A stretch of 64,000 nt of DNA from Akkermansia sp. (lineage in GTDB: Bacteria; Verrucomicrobiota; Verrucomicrobiia; Verrucomicrobiales; Akkermansiaceae). The notes below the pieces were generated by a model. That model ran no database searches. It worked only from the letters and a program-made list of their open reading frames with translations, and was not told where the DNA came from. The stretch is taken from positions 9 through 64,008 of the forward strand of contig JAFQSQ010000037.1 in assembly GCA_017409465.1 (NCBI GenBank). Reading direction: 5' to 3'. Both the position numbers and the translations under genes were made by a program. This document shows, in pieces, positions 1-8,667 of the stretch. Numbering within the stretch: the first letter of the stretch is position 1; every line of letters starts with the position of its first letter.

Positions 1-191
1 CGAAGTCAAAAGGACGATGGACAAGGTACAGAATTCCGCTCGCTCTGCTCGCATGATGAACGATGAAGGACGCTTAGCGTTAGTTGAAACCATCTGCGCG
101 CAGCGCAGCGAACTTTTCATTCGTACTTCGTCATTCGTCAATCCACGTGTCCCCAATCTTTGGGACACGTATGGTGTGTGGGGCTATTGGC

Positions 192-220
192 TTGACAAAT
201 ATCAACGGGGAAGCTAGCAT
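192..220 (+). promoter_or_regulatory. sigma70-type promoter of xth
   Basis: TTGACA(192-197)-17 bp-TAGCAT(215-220), 8 nt before the ATG at 229. Confidence 0.7.
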
Positions 221-228
221 AGAACCAT

Positions 229-990
229 ATGAAACTGGTGAGCTGGAATGTGAACGGAATTCGTGCCACTCTGGGTAAGGGGCTGGCCGAAAAAATGGAT
301 GCCCTGCAGCCGGATGTGCTTTGCCTCCAGGAGGTTAAGGCGCGGCCGGAGCAGGTGAGTGACCTCTGGTTGGCATCGTGGCCTTATTCTCTGTGGAATC
401 CGGCAGAGAGAGCCGGCTACTCCGGGGTGCTGATCTTGTCCCGTGTGAAGCCGCTGAGCACATCGCTGGGTATCGGTGTGCCGGAGCACGATAAGGAGGG
501 CCGGGTGGCAACGATGGAGTTCGATACGTTTTATCTGGTGAACTGCTACACGCCCAATTCGCAGAATGAACTCGCGCGCCTGCCGTACCGTCAGGAGTGG
601 GATGCCGCGTTCCGTGCCTATGTCAGCAAGCTGGCGGAGACGAAGCCGGTCGTTTTCTGTGGCGATCTCAATGTGGCGCATGAGGAGATTGACCTGGCTC
701 GCCCGGCAGCCAATCATTTCAGCGCCGGTTTCTCCGATGAGGAGCGTGCCGGCTTCACGGAGTTGTTGGGTGCCGGCTTCATCGACACCTTCCGCACGCT
801 GTATCCCGACCGGCGCGATGCTTATTCCTGGTGGAGTTTCCGAGGCGGAGCCCGTGCCAGGAACGTGGGGTGGCGCATTGATTACTTTTGCGTGTCAGAC
901 AGCCTGCGAAGCCGAATCTCGGGCGCTGAGATTCACGCGGATATCACCGGGTCTGACCACTGCCCGGTGTCGCTGGAAATAAACGCATAA
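229..990 (+). CDS. xth: exodeoxyribonuclease III / AP endonuclease
   Basis: MKLVSWNVNGIRA, LCLQEVK, GDLNVAH, YSWWS, GWRIDYF and GSDHCP motifs of the ExoIII family. Confidence 0.95.
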   Translation: MKLVSWNVNGIRATLGKGLAEKMDALQPDVLCLQEVKARPEQVSDLWLASWPYSLWNPAERAGYSGVLILSRVKPLSTSLGIGVPEHDKEGRVATMEFDTFYLVNCYTPNSQNELARLPYRQEWDAAFRAYVSKLAETKPVVFCGDLNVAHEEIDLARPAANHFSAGFSDEERAGFTELLGAGFIDTFRTLYPDRRDAYSWWSFRGGARARNVGWRIDYFCVSDSLRSRISGAEIHADITGSDHCPVSLEINA

Positions 991-1002
991 AAGATTCTGA
1001 AT

Positions 1003-1044
1003 AAAAGCGAGGCGGCGGTTCCTGTGAGGAGCCGCCGCCTGCTT
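1003..1044. terminator. hairpin between convergent xth and aas-like genes
   Basis: AGGCGGCGGTTCCT-gtg-AGGAGCCGCCGCCT preceded by an A run. Confidence 0.7.
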
Positions 1045-1065
1045 ATGGAATGTTGCAGCAGAATC

Positions 1066-3261
1066 TTATTCGCTCTGCAGGGCTTCTTCTGCCAGCATGC
1101 GGCAGGAGCGCAGATCCAGCTTGCCGGTGGGCAGGGTGGGAATGGCTTCCACGGGAACCACATACTTGGGCGCCCAGAGGTTCGGGATGTTGTGGGAGGC
1201 CAGAGCTGCACGAATTTCGGCCAGAATGGCTTTTTCCTCCGAGGAACGCTGGTGCTGCGGCAGGGCAGAGAGGAGGACGAGAGCCTCACCCTTCTGCTCA
1301 TCGGAGATACCGGTCACGGCAATCTGTACTCCTTCCTCAGCAGCGGGGTCAATGTGGAGTGCCTCGCAAATGGCCTGCTCCACGCCTTCGTGGGGTACCA
1401 TCTCACCGCCCACTTTGGAGAAGCGGGAGAGACGCCCACCCAGGGTGATGAAGCCATTGAGATCCACGGAGCCGATGTCGCCGGTTTTGAACCAGCCATC
1501 GCGGAACAGCTCGGCGTTCATCTCTTCCTTGCCGACGTAACCGTTGAAGATGTTGGCACCCTTGAGCCAGATCATGCCTCGCTCAGACAGAGGAACTTCG
1601 CGGGTGTCATCATCCAGATCGGTCACGCGCACAGCGATACCGGGAAGCGGTGCGCCGATACTGCGCTTCACGGTGCCGGGTACGTAGAAGGCAGACCCGG
1701 GCACTGCCGGTGCATCCACCATGTTCACTGAGCAGACGGGAGCAGCCTCAGTCAGGCCGTAGCCCTCCAGCAGCTCGACGCCAAAGCGTTCCTTGAACTC
1801 GCGCTCCACATCCGGCTGCAGCTTCTCTGCACCCACGATGAAGCTACGTACGCTCTTGAAGGTGTCTGCCTTGGCGCGGCGCAGCATGGCGCGGGCAAAG
1901 GTGGGAGTGGAGCATACGAGCGTGATGCCGTACTTCTCTATCAAATCGCAGAGGCTGCGGGCATCTGTCGGGTTCGGGTACGACACTACAGGATAGCCGG
2001 TCAGCATCGGCAGGAACATGGTCACGGTCACGCCGAAGCTGTGGAAGATGGGCAGGCTGCCCAGGAATACCTCATTCTGTAAATCGAGTCGGCTGGCGCA
2101 CTGAGCCACGTTGGCCAGTATCATACGGTGGGTCAGTACCACACCCTTCGGCTCGCCGGAGGAGCCGCTGGTGAAGAGCATCACGCATTCATCATTGTTG
2201 CGGCGGGCATCAGTGTCGAAGCGCTTGCAGATGAAGTTTGCCGGCGCCATCTTGGCCATCAGCACGTTGGCGATGAGCTTCTTCTTGTCCAGTCCGCCCA
2301 GCAGGTCTTCCACATAGATGCACTGCTCATGCGGCGGCCAGGGGAAAGCTTCCAGCTTCTGGCGGAACTTGCGGGCTGTGATGAAGGTCTTCAACCCGGC
2401 CTGGCGCACGGTGCTCTCAAAGGCTGCCTTGGAGGAGGCGTAGTTGATGAGGACGGGAGTCACTCCGGCCAGCATGCAGGAAAGTGTGCCAATCACACCG
2501 CCGGCACCGGGCGGCAGGATGACACCCACGCGTGCCTCACCGCGCTTCTTCAGCATGGGAGCCACGGTCATGGCTACACCCAGAGCCTTGAAGAACGGAA
2601 GTTCCGCGCCGGTCATGCCGTCGATGATATTCACCTTGCCATTGGCGCGCATGCTCCTGACTACGGCAGAGGTCACGGAGCCGCAGAGCTGCGGGCAGGC
2701 GCCGAAGAGTTCGGCTCCCTTGCTCATCCAGGCTGACAGCACACGCTCGCCGGTGCGGGGGCCGGGGTGCAGCTGCGGCAGGATGCACAGCTCCTCGCGG
2801 CAGGGCTGGCTGTTGTCATCACGGAATAATCCGTTCAGATTTTCCGTGTAATAGCCCAGGAACACGGGGATGGGGGAGATGTGCAGGCTGCCCACGGCAG
2901 AAAGGAAGGGAGAGGGCACATCTGCCAGTGTGCCGCGGCACTTGGCCACCTGTCCCGGCAGGAATACCACGCTCTTGCCCTCAGCCATACGATCCAGAAT
3001 CTGTTCACGAACGCGGCGGGAGGTCGTGTTGCGGAAATCAAAGTATTCGATGTCTACCTTCTTCTTCTTCAGGTAGTCCATAATCTCCGGCGCGGGTGGG
3101 AACGTGGAGTCCACCAGGTAGCATACCTGATCATTCAGAAGATGGTGGAGCGCTTTGCCCGCCGCTACGCTCAGGCGGTTGGGCATGTAGAATGCCGGGC
3201 TTTTAACGTTTTCCTGCCCGCTGACGGTCAGCGGGTTGTTCAACACGGGGAGAATAGCCAT
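1066..3261 (-). CDS. Aas-like acyl-ACP synthetase / AMP-binding enzyme with a degenerate N-terminal acyltransferase-like domain
   Basis: FTSGSSGEPKGV, EGYGLTEAAP, WFKTGDIG, GRLSRFSKVGGEMV and PTGKLD adenylation motifs; start placed at ATG 3261 (MAILPV). Confidence 0.85.
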   Translation of the reverse strand: MAILPVLNNPLTVSGQENVKSPAFYMPNRLSVAAGKALHHLLNDQVCYLVDSTFPPAPEIMDYLKKKKVDIEYFDFRNTTSRRVREQILDRMAEGKSVVFLPGQVAKCRGTLADVPSPFLSAVGSLHISPIPVFLGYYTENLNGLFRDDNSQPCREELCILPQLHPGPRTGERVLSAWMSKGAELFGACPQLCGSVTSAVVRSMRANGKVNIIDGMTGAELPFFKALGVAMTVAPMLKKRGEARVGVILPPGAGGVIGTLSCMLAGVTPVLINYASSKAAFESTVRQAGLKTFITARKFRQKLEAFPWPPHEQCIYVEDLLGGLDKKKLIANVLMAKMAPANFICKRFDTDARRNNDECVMLFTSGSSGEPKGVVLTHRMILANVAQCASRLDLQNEVFLGSLPIFHSFGVTVTMFLPMLTGYPVVSYPNPTDARSLCDLIEKYGITLVCSTPTFARAMLRRAKADTFKSVRSFIVGAEKLQPDVEREFKERFGVELLEGYGLTEAAPVCSVNMVDAPAVPGSAFYVPGTVKRSIGAPLPGIAVRVTDLDDDTREVPLSERGMIWLKGANIFNGYVGKEEMNAELFRDGWFKTGDIGSVDLNGFITLGGRLSRFSKVGGEMVPHEGVEQAICEALHIDPAAEEGVQIAVTGISDEQKGEALVLLSALPQHQRSSEEKAILAEIRAALASHNIPNLWAPKYVVPVEAIPTLPTGKLDLRSCRMLAEEALQSE

Positions 3262-3302
3262 AAAATTGTGTAGTAAGTTTCTTCTGGTCAGTGGGTTCGC
3301 AG

Positions 3303-3342
3303 AAAAAGCCACCCGCTCATAGTCAAGCGGGTGGCTTTTTTT
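3303..3342. terminator. intrinsic terminator downstream of the outer membrane protein gene (bidirectional form)
   Basis: AAAAAGCCACCCGCT-catagtca-AGCGGGTGGCTTTTTTT. Confidence 0.85.
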
Positions 3343-3408
3343 ACCCGCAGGTATATTGTAACATATAACCTGCTGTTTTTTCCAGTAAATTCTTACTGTG
3401 AGGGTTAA

Positions 3409-4446
3409 TTAGAAGGTATAGGTCAGAGAGACACTGCCCACGACGCCGAATTCGCGGAAGGGAACCATGGTGTTGTTCTCTGTGTATGCCTTGAATTCGG
3501 AGCATTCATTAGCCTTCAGACCACCCTCGCCGAGCCAGTTGAAGCTCACGGCGGGGGTCAGAATCAGGTTCTTCTCGATGAACCACGGAGTGGAGAACTT
3601 GATCCAGAAAGCCTGGGTACCGTTGTCGCAGGCGTTGTAGCGACCATCGAAGTAGTCAGCCGTGGCGCTCATGGCGAACTCCAGGATGCCGGCTACCTTG
3701 ACGTCCTCAGGCGTACCGACGATGGGAGCCTTGAAGCGCACATACGGCTCGAACCACCAACCACGGATACCCTGGAAGCTCAGGCTCGTGGTGACACCGA
3801 CGGAAACCCACTTGGCGGGGGTCCACTCCGGAGCGATGAATACTTCGTTCACCACGGAAGCGCCCTGATCGCGATAGTGCTTGGCCATCACGCCCAGCAG
3901 ACCACCGTGCACGAACTTGTGACCGAAGGCTACGTTCCACTTCTCCTGCGTGTACTTGAAGTCACTCACGATGGCGAACTCGTTCTCGATGTTGGCCTGC
4001 TTGATGTGTGCTTTCTGTCCAGCAGCGAGAGCGGCATTGTACTCCGGTGTACCCGGTGCCGGTACAGGCAGCCCGGCAGCGGCCATGCCTGCCAGCTTCT
4101 GTGCAGCCATGTAAGCCCCGACATTCGGGCCGAAGGTGGGGTTGCCATACAGGGTGTGACCGGAGCAGGGAGCCTGGTAGGCGATGGTGTTGTTGAATGT
4201 CCAGTAACCCTCACGCCCGAAGTCATAGCTGGTCTTGAGAGCGGCGAAGAGTACGCTGTCACCCTGAGCTACGGAGTGAGACACGACATAACCGCGGCCG
4301 GTGTAGTTCGTAGCATAGCCGCCCGTAAGGGAGCCGCTCAGGCGCTTGAAGTCGTCCTGCTTGACAACGGCCTCGGTGGTGGGGGTGCCGGCGAGGGCGG
4401 TAGTGCTCATCAGAGCTGCTGCAATCAGTGTGTAGCTAAGTTTCAT
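3409..4446 (-). CDS. outer membrane beta-barrel protein (putative porin)
   Basis: Signal peptide MKLSYTLIAAALMSTTALA, alternating amphipathic strands, C-terminal ...VSLTYTF (BamA-type signal). Confidence 0.75.
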   Translation of the reverse strand: MKLSYTLIAAALMSTTALAGTPTTEAVVKQDDFKRLSGSLTGGYATNYTGRGYVVSHSVAQGDSVLFAALKTSYDFGREGYWTFNNTIAYQAPCSGHTLYGNPTFGPNVGAYMAAQKLAGMAAAGLPVPAPGTPEYNAALAAGQKAHIKQANIENEFAIVSDFKYTQEKWNVAFGHKFVHGGLLGVMAKHYRDQGASVVNEVFIAPEWTPAKWVSVGVTTSLSFQGIRGWWFEPYVRFKAPIVGTPEDVKVAGILEFAMSATADYFDGRYNACDNGTQAFWIKFSTPWFIEKNLILTPAVSFNWLGEGGLKANECSEFKAYTENNTMVPFREFGVVGSVSLTYTF

Positions 4447-4521
4447 GTGTATTGCGTTTGGTTTGTTTTCTTCAGAAGGGATTCGAGCTTTCAGGGTGTC
4501 TGTCGGCCGTTCTCCACGGAC

Positions 4522-4550
4522 AAATTACTTTTTTTTATCTGTTTTGTCAA
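4522..4550 (-). promoter_or_regulatory. putative promoter of the OMP gene, A8 tract in the spacer
   Basis: Minus strand TTGACA(4550-4545)-AAACAGATAAAAAAAAG(17 bp)-TAATTT(4527-4522). Confidence 0.5.
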
Positions 4551-4725
4551 GAAAATATGCTAGAGTGCGGTCTACTTTGGGCAAAAAAATTGCAAATTTT
4601 CTATTTTTCTTCAAGAATTTGGCAAATTTTGGGTTTATGTCTGTCATTTTATGTGCTTTTTATGTCATTTTCTTGAATTTTGAGCTCAAAATGTGCAAGT
4701 AGAGAGTGCTCTAGCATTGGGGTGT

Positions 4726-4758
4726 AAAAAACGTGCATCGGCAATGAGTCGATGCACG
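4726..4758 (-). terminator. intrinsic terminator of kbl
   Basis: CGTGCATCGGC-aatga-GTCGATGCACG with T6 on the minus strand. Confidence 0.8.
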
Positions 4759-4784
4759 ATGAGAGAGAAGGTAAAGGGGAAGTG

Positions 4785-5984
4785 TTACTTGATGAGACCC
4801 AGCTCGCGACCGGCCTGAGCGAAGGCATCGATAGCGCGGTCAAGCTGCTCGGTGGTGTGAGCGGCAGAAATCTGGGTGCGGATACGAGCCTGTTCCTTGG
4901 GGACGACGGGGTAGAAGAAGCCCATGGCGTAGACACCCAGCTCCAGCAGGCGGGCGCTCATGCGCTGAGAAAGGGCGGCATCGCCGATCATGACGGGCAC
5001 GATGGCGTGGCCGGCACCGGCCAGGTTGAAACCGCACTGCTCCATGCCCTTGCGGAAGTAGGCAGCGTTGCTCTGCACGCGCTCGGTGAGCTCTGTGGAG
5101 GCCTCCAGCATGTCCAGCACCTTGATGGTGGTGGCGGCGATGGCGGGCATCACGCTGTTGGAGAAGAGGTAGGGGCGGGATTTCTGGCGCAGCATGTCCA
5201 CCACTTCCTTGCGGGCGGAAACGTAACCGCCGGACGCACCGCCCAGCGCCTTGCCGAAGGTGCCGGTGGTGATGTCAATCTTGCCGAAGAGGCCGCAGTG
5301 CTCGTGCGTACCGCGACCGCGGGCACCCAGCACGCCCGTGGCGTGGGATTCGTCGAAGTGCACCAGAGCGCCGTACTTCTCGGCCAGCTCATGAATCTTG
5401 TCCAGGCTGGCAACAATGCCGTCCATGGAGAACACACCGTCCGTGGAGATGAGGATGGTGCGGGCGCCGTTGGCCTTGGCCTCCTGCAGCTTGGCCTCCA
5501 GGTCAGCCATATCGTTGTTGGCATAGCGATAGCGGGCAGCCTTGCAGAGACGCACACCGTCGATGATGGAAGCGTGGTTCAGCGAGTCGGACACGATGGC
5601 ATCCTCCTTGGTGAGCAGAGCCTCAAAGAGACCGCCGTTGGCATCGAAGCAGGAGCCGAAGAGGATGGTATCCTCCGTGCCCAGGAAAGCGCTGAGGCGC
5701 TCCTCCAGCTGCTGGTGCAGCGTCTGCGTGCCGCAGATGAAACGCACGGAAGCCATACCGAAGCCCCAGCGGTCGATCGCCTCCTTGGCGGCCTTCTCCA
5801 GCTCAGGATGATTGGCCAGCCCCAGGTAGTTGTTGGCACACATGTTGATGACCGTGCTGCCATCCTTCAGACCCACCTCGGAGAACTGGGGGGTGTTGAT
5901 GTAGCGTTCCTGCTTGAAGAGACCGGCTTCCTTGAGGGCAGCAAGGTCGTTTACCAGACGATTCTTGAAATCAGTATTGTACAT
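4785..5984 (-). CDS. kbl: glycine C-acetyltransferase (2-amino-3-ketobutyrate CoA ligase)
   Basis: [56 protein letters not shown] and ARIRTQ; start placed at ATG 5984. Confidence 0.93.
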   Translation of the reverse strand: MYNTDFKNRLVNDLAALKEAGLFKQERYINTPQFSEVGLKDGSTVINMCANNYLGLANHPELEKAAKEAIDRWGFGMASVRFICGTQTLHQQLEERLSAFLGTEDTILFGSCFDANGGLFEALLTKEDAIVSDSLNHASIIDGVRLCKAARYRYANNDMADLEAKLQEAKANGARTILISTDGVFSMDGIVASLDKIHELAEKYGALVHFDESHATGVLGARGRGTHEHCGLFGKIDITTGTFGKALGGASGGYVSARKEVVDMLRQKSRPYLFSNSVMPAIAATTIKVLDMLEASTELTERVQSNAAYFRKGMEQCGFNLAGAGHAIVPVMIGDAALSQRMSARLLELGVYAMGFFYPVVPKEQARIRTQISAAHTTEQLDRAIDAFAQAGRELGLIK

Positions 5985-6014
5985 AAGATGATAAAGCTGC
6001 AACGAGCCGCGGGG

Positions 6015-6043
6015 ATTGTACTCCCCGAAATGCTTTCTGTCAA
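6015..6043 (-). promoter_or_regulatory. sigma70 promoter of kbl
   Basis: Minus strand TTGACA(6043-6038)-17 bp-TACAAT(6020-6015). Confidence 0.7.
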
Positions 6044-6127
6044 CGTTCTATCCCGGCTGTCGGGAGCCTTTTTTATTTTTTTTACATTTTTTTTGAACAA
6101 AGTGAGAGGCAGCCGCATCTTACCCCC

Positions 6128-6255
6128 ATCAGTCAATAAAACCCGGCGGGGGAGTGAAGGAGAGAGCACCACCCTGCCACCAAATGGGAGAGGCTGAGTT
6201 TCATAAGGTAGTAAGTAGAATGCGGGCGGCCCGTTCAAGGTCGTCCGCATTTTCT
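6128..6255 (+). ncRNA. candidate small RNA (unknown family)
   Basis: Intergenic. T-rich UP-like tract, TTGAAC-17-CATCTT, C-rich discriminator, and a terminal hairpin AATGCGGGCGGCC-cgttcaa-GGTCGTCCGCATT-TTCT. Confidence 0.35.
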
Positions 6256-6270
6256 GTACGATCGACGCGT

Positions 6271-6305
6271 AAAAAACTCCTCCCCGCCCGGAAGCGGAGA
6301 GGAGT
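6271..6305 (-). terminator. intrinsic terminator of the 6340-6756 gene
   Basis: AAAAAA-CTCCTCCCCGC-ccggaa-GCGGAGAGGAG. Confidence 0.75.
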
Positions 6306-6339
6306 CTTTCATTGACATTCGGACTGGCCGGGTCAGCCA

Positions 6340-6756
6340 TTACTGCTGGTCGGGCTGAGCCACCTGTACAAGACGCAGGGGAGTGCGCTGCACGAGCTCG
6401 CCATCGAGAGTGATGTCGATGCTGTAGTTGCCGGTCTTTTCGAAACGAAGACCCTGGAAGTTCATGATCAGGTTGCGGGTCAGGAAAGCAGCACCTTCGG
6501 GCAGAGCCACTTTGAGGTCACCGATGATGGGCATGCGCTCCTTGTCGAGGGGGGTGCCATCTTCATCAACGATGGCGATACCGAGCTTGTGGTCACCGGC
6601 ATCCTCGGGGGTCATGCAGAGACGGAGAGCCAGAGCGCAGGAGGGGTGCACAACCGGGAACTGGCGAGCGAACAGAGTATCGAAAGCGCCCTGCACGCAG
6701 AGCTTGCCCTGATAATCGGCGGCGTAGTCGCAAAGGACTGCAACTTGAATATCCAT
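6340..6756 (-). CDS. conserved hypothetical protein (DUF6941-like, beta-rich)
   Basis: MDIQVAVLCDYAADYQGKLCVQGAFD...FEKTGNYSIDITLDG pattern; host-like codon usage; start at ATG 6756. Confidence 0.7.
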   Translation of the reverse strand: MDIQVAVLCDYAADYQGKLCVQGAFDTLFARQFPVVHPSCALALRLCMTPEDAGDHKLGIAIVDEDGTPLDKERMPIIGDLKVALPEGAAFLTRNLIMNFQGLRFEKTGNYSIDITLDGELVQRTPLRLVQVAQPDQQ

Positions 6757-6895
6757 GATAGTATTTGTTTGTTGTATATTAGGTGATAAATACCCCTGAT
6801 GAGGGAAAAGATAGGATATATCTAGCACAATTGCGGCGAGATTCAAGCTAAAATTACATCAGCATGCCAAAGCTGACAGAAAAAGGATGAAAGCC

Positions 6896-8053
6896 TCATT
6901 TGAGGACTCGGCCGATTTCCCGATTGGCCGCCACGAAGATGGGCAGAGCCGACACCAGAACGCAGAGCAGCAAGGCCGCAGAAATCAGGCGTATTTCCGG
7001 CATGATTTCCATGAGGTCGAGTCGGTAGGCTCCCAGTTTGAAAAACTGCGTGAGGATGATTTTCTGGCTGTGCATGAAGACGGCCAGAGCTGCTCCGAAT
7101 GACGCACCCACCAGCAGCAGGTTCTCCATGATGAAATTGAATACCAGCAGCAGCGGGTGGATACCGAAGCTTTTCATGAGCGTGTAGATATACTCATTCT
7201 GCCGGTACTCCATACCGGCAAGCGCGGTGAGCAGGATACCGACGATAGCGACAATCCCCAGGCAGAAAGCCGCCCGGCACTGCATCTGATTGCTGAGGAT
7301 GACGTCCATCTGCTCCAGCAGGGCTGAGGCCGAGTTGACGGAGCCGTGGGCTCCCTCCAGCCGGATGAGTGTTTTCAGGTATTGTTCAATGCGCTCTATA
7401 TCGGCGGCCGTACGCAGTTCGCGCACGCGTACCAGGAGCTGATGGGCGCAGTTGCCGAAGTTGTCGCCCATCAGCTCCTGCGCGATATCGGGCTGTACCA
7501 GCAGACCGCCGTGCGGCAGAAGGCGCTCCATCAGATGCCCCGGCGGTATGTGGCGGACGGCCACCGTGCGCAGTGTCTTCTCACCGAAGATGATGACATC
7601 CGTCGGGGCTTCGGGCAGGCTGTGGTCTCCCTGCGCCGGGCAGAGGATGGTGGGGGTGCCGCCCTCTGCCATCAGAGGGAGAACCTGCCCGATGCGCTGA
7701 AAGTCATAACTGTATAGCTGCAGGTGTGCACCGCCGGGGATGCGGGCTGCCCCGATGTTGCGGAGCGCGAGAGAGTCAGCCTGCAGGGTCTGCTCCAGCT
7801 CGGGTTGAGTGGGCATGCAGAAGCTGCGCTCGCGGTCAGGCGAGATAAAGGCGTGTATCAGGTCGCCGCCTTCCGCGCGTATCCGATCGCGGATGACCTT
7901 GGCCGTGATGACGTAGCTGCCCAGGAAAAACAGGGCACACAGGGTCAGAAAGAACACCACCAGCACGCGTGCCAGCGGGCTGGAAATCCGCGTCAACCAG
8001 CGGTGTACCGTATCCTTAGCCAGATACAGCAGCGTCAAAATCAATGAGATCAT
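6896..8053 (-). CDS. ABC transporter permease, FtsX/MacB-like
   Basis: One N-terminal TM, large periplasmic loop, three C-terminal TMs, ...MKSFGI...ENLLL...ANREIGRVLK; start uncertain (8053 or TTG 8038). Confidence 0.75.
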   Translation of the reverse strand: MISLILTLLYLAKDTVHRWLTRISSPLARVLVVFFLTLCALFFLGSYVITAKVIRDRIRAEGGDLIHAFISPDRERSFCMPTQPELEQTLQADSLALRNIGAARIPGGAHLQLYSYDFQRIGQVLPLMAEGGTPTILCPAQGDHSLPEAPTDVIIFGEKTLRTVAVRHIPPGHLMERLLPHGGLLVQPDIAQELMGDNFGNCAHQLLVRVRELRTAADIERIEQYLKTLIRLEGAHGSVNSASALLEQMDVILSNQMQCRAAFCLGIVAIVGILLTALAGMEYRQNEYIYTLMKSFGIHPLLLVFNFIMENLLLVGASFGAALAVFMHSQKIILTQFFKLGAYRLDLMEIMPEIRLISAALLLCVLVSALPIFVAANREIGRVLK

Positions 8054-8648
8054 CGGCCAGGTCAAACAAGCGGCTATCGTGGGTGCTGATGATACAGATG
8101 CGCTCTGCTGCATCCTGCATGATCAGCTTGCGGATAATGTTGGTGTTGGTGTCATCAAGCCCGGAGGTAGGCTCATCGAGCAGGACTGTCGGGGCATCCT
8201 TCATCAGGGTGCGAGCCAGAGCGGCTCGCTGTGCCTGGCCGCCGGAGAGCTTATCGGCGCGGCGGTAGCGCAGCTCCAGCAGTCCCAGGTCACGCAGCAG
8301 CTCCTCACAGCGCGGTTTCCAGCGTTTGCCGGGCAGGGTTGCCATCTCGGCTGCCAGGCGGAGGTTGCGCTCTACGCTGAGGAGGGGCAGGAGGTTGATA
8401 CCCTGGAACATGTAGGCTACGTCCCTGCGACGGTAGCGACGGCTGGTGACGCTGTTGCCGGTCGGGGTGGTGATGCTGCCGGACTGGGCTTTCAGGTAGC
8501 CAGCCAGCAGTTTGAGAAGCGTTGTCTTGCCGGAGCCGGAGTAGCCTTTGAGGATGGTGATACCGGGGCGAAAGGTGTGAGAAAAGTTCGTGAGTACCGG
8601 CTGGTGGCGCAGGTAGGCGAAGTTGATGTTGTGGCACACCATGTTCAT
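8016..8648 (-). CDS. ABC transporter ATP-binding protein
   Basis: GYSGSGKTT, LSGGQAQR, LLDEPTSGLD, STHD. Confidence 0.92.
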   Translation of the reverse strand: MNMVCHNINFAYLRHQPVLTNFSHTFRPGITILKGYSGSGKTTLLKLLAGYLKAQSGSITTPTGNSVTSRRYRRRDVAYMFQGINLLPLLSVERNLRLAAEMATLPGKRWKPRCEELLRDLGLLELRYRRADKLSGGQAQRAALARTLMKDAPTVLLDEPTSGLDDTNTNIIRKLIMQDAAERICIISTHDSRLFDLADDLIDFDAAVSG

Positions 8649-8667
8649 GGCAGAGAGAGGGGGGGGC

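Noticed and set aside
6128..6255. Glycine riboswitch for kbl
   Set aside because: Wrong strand and upstream of the kbl promoter; lacks the CCGAAG and CTCTCAGG elements
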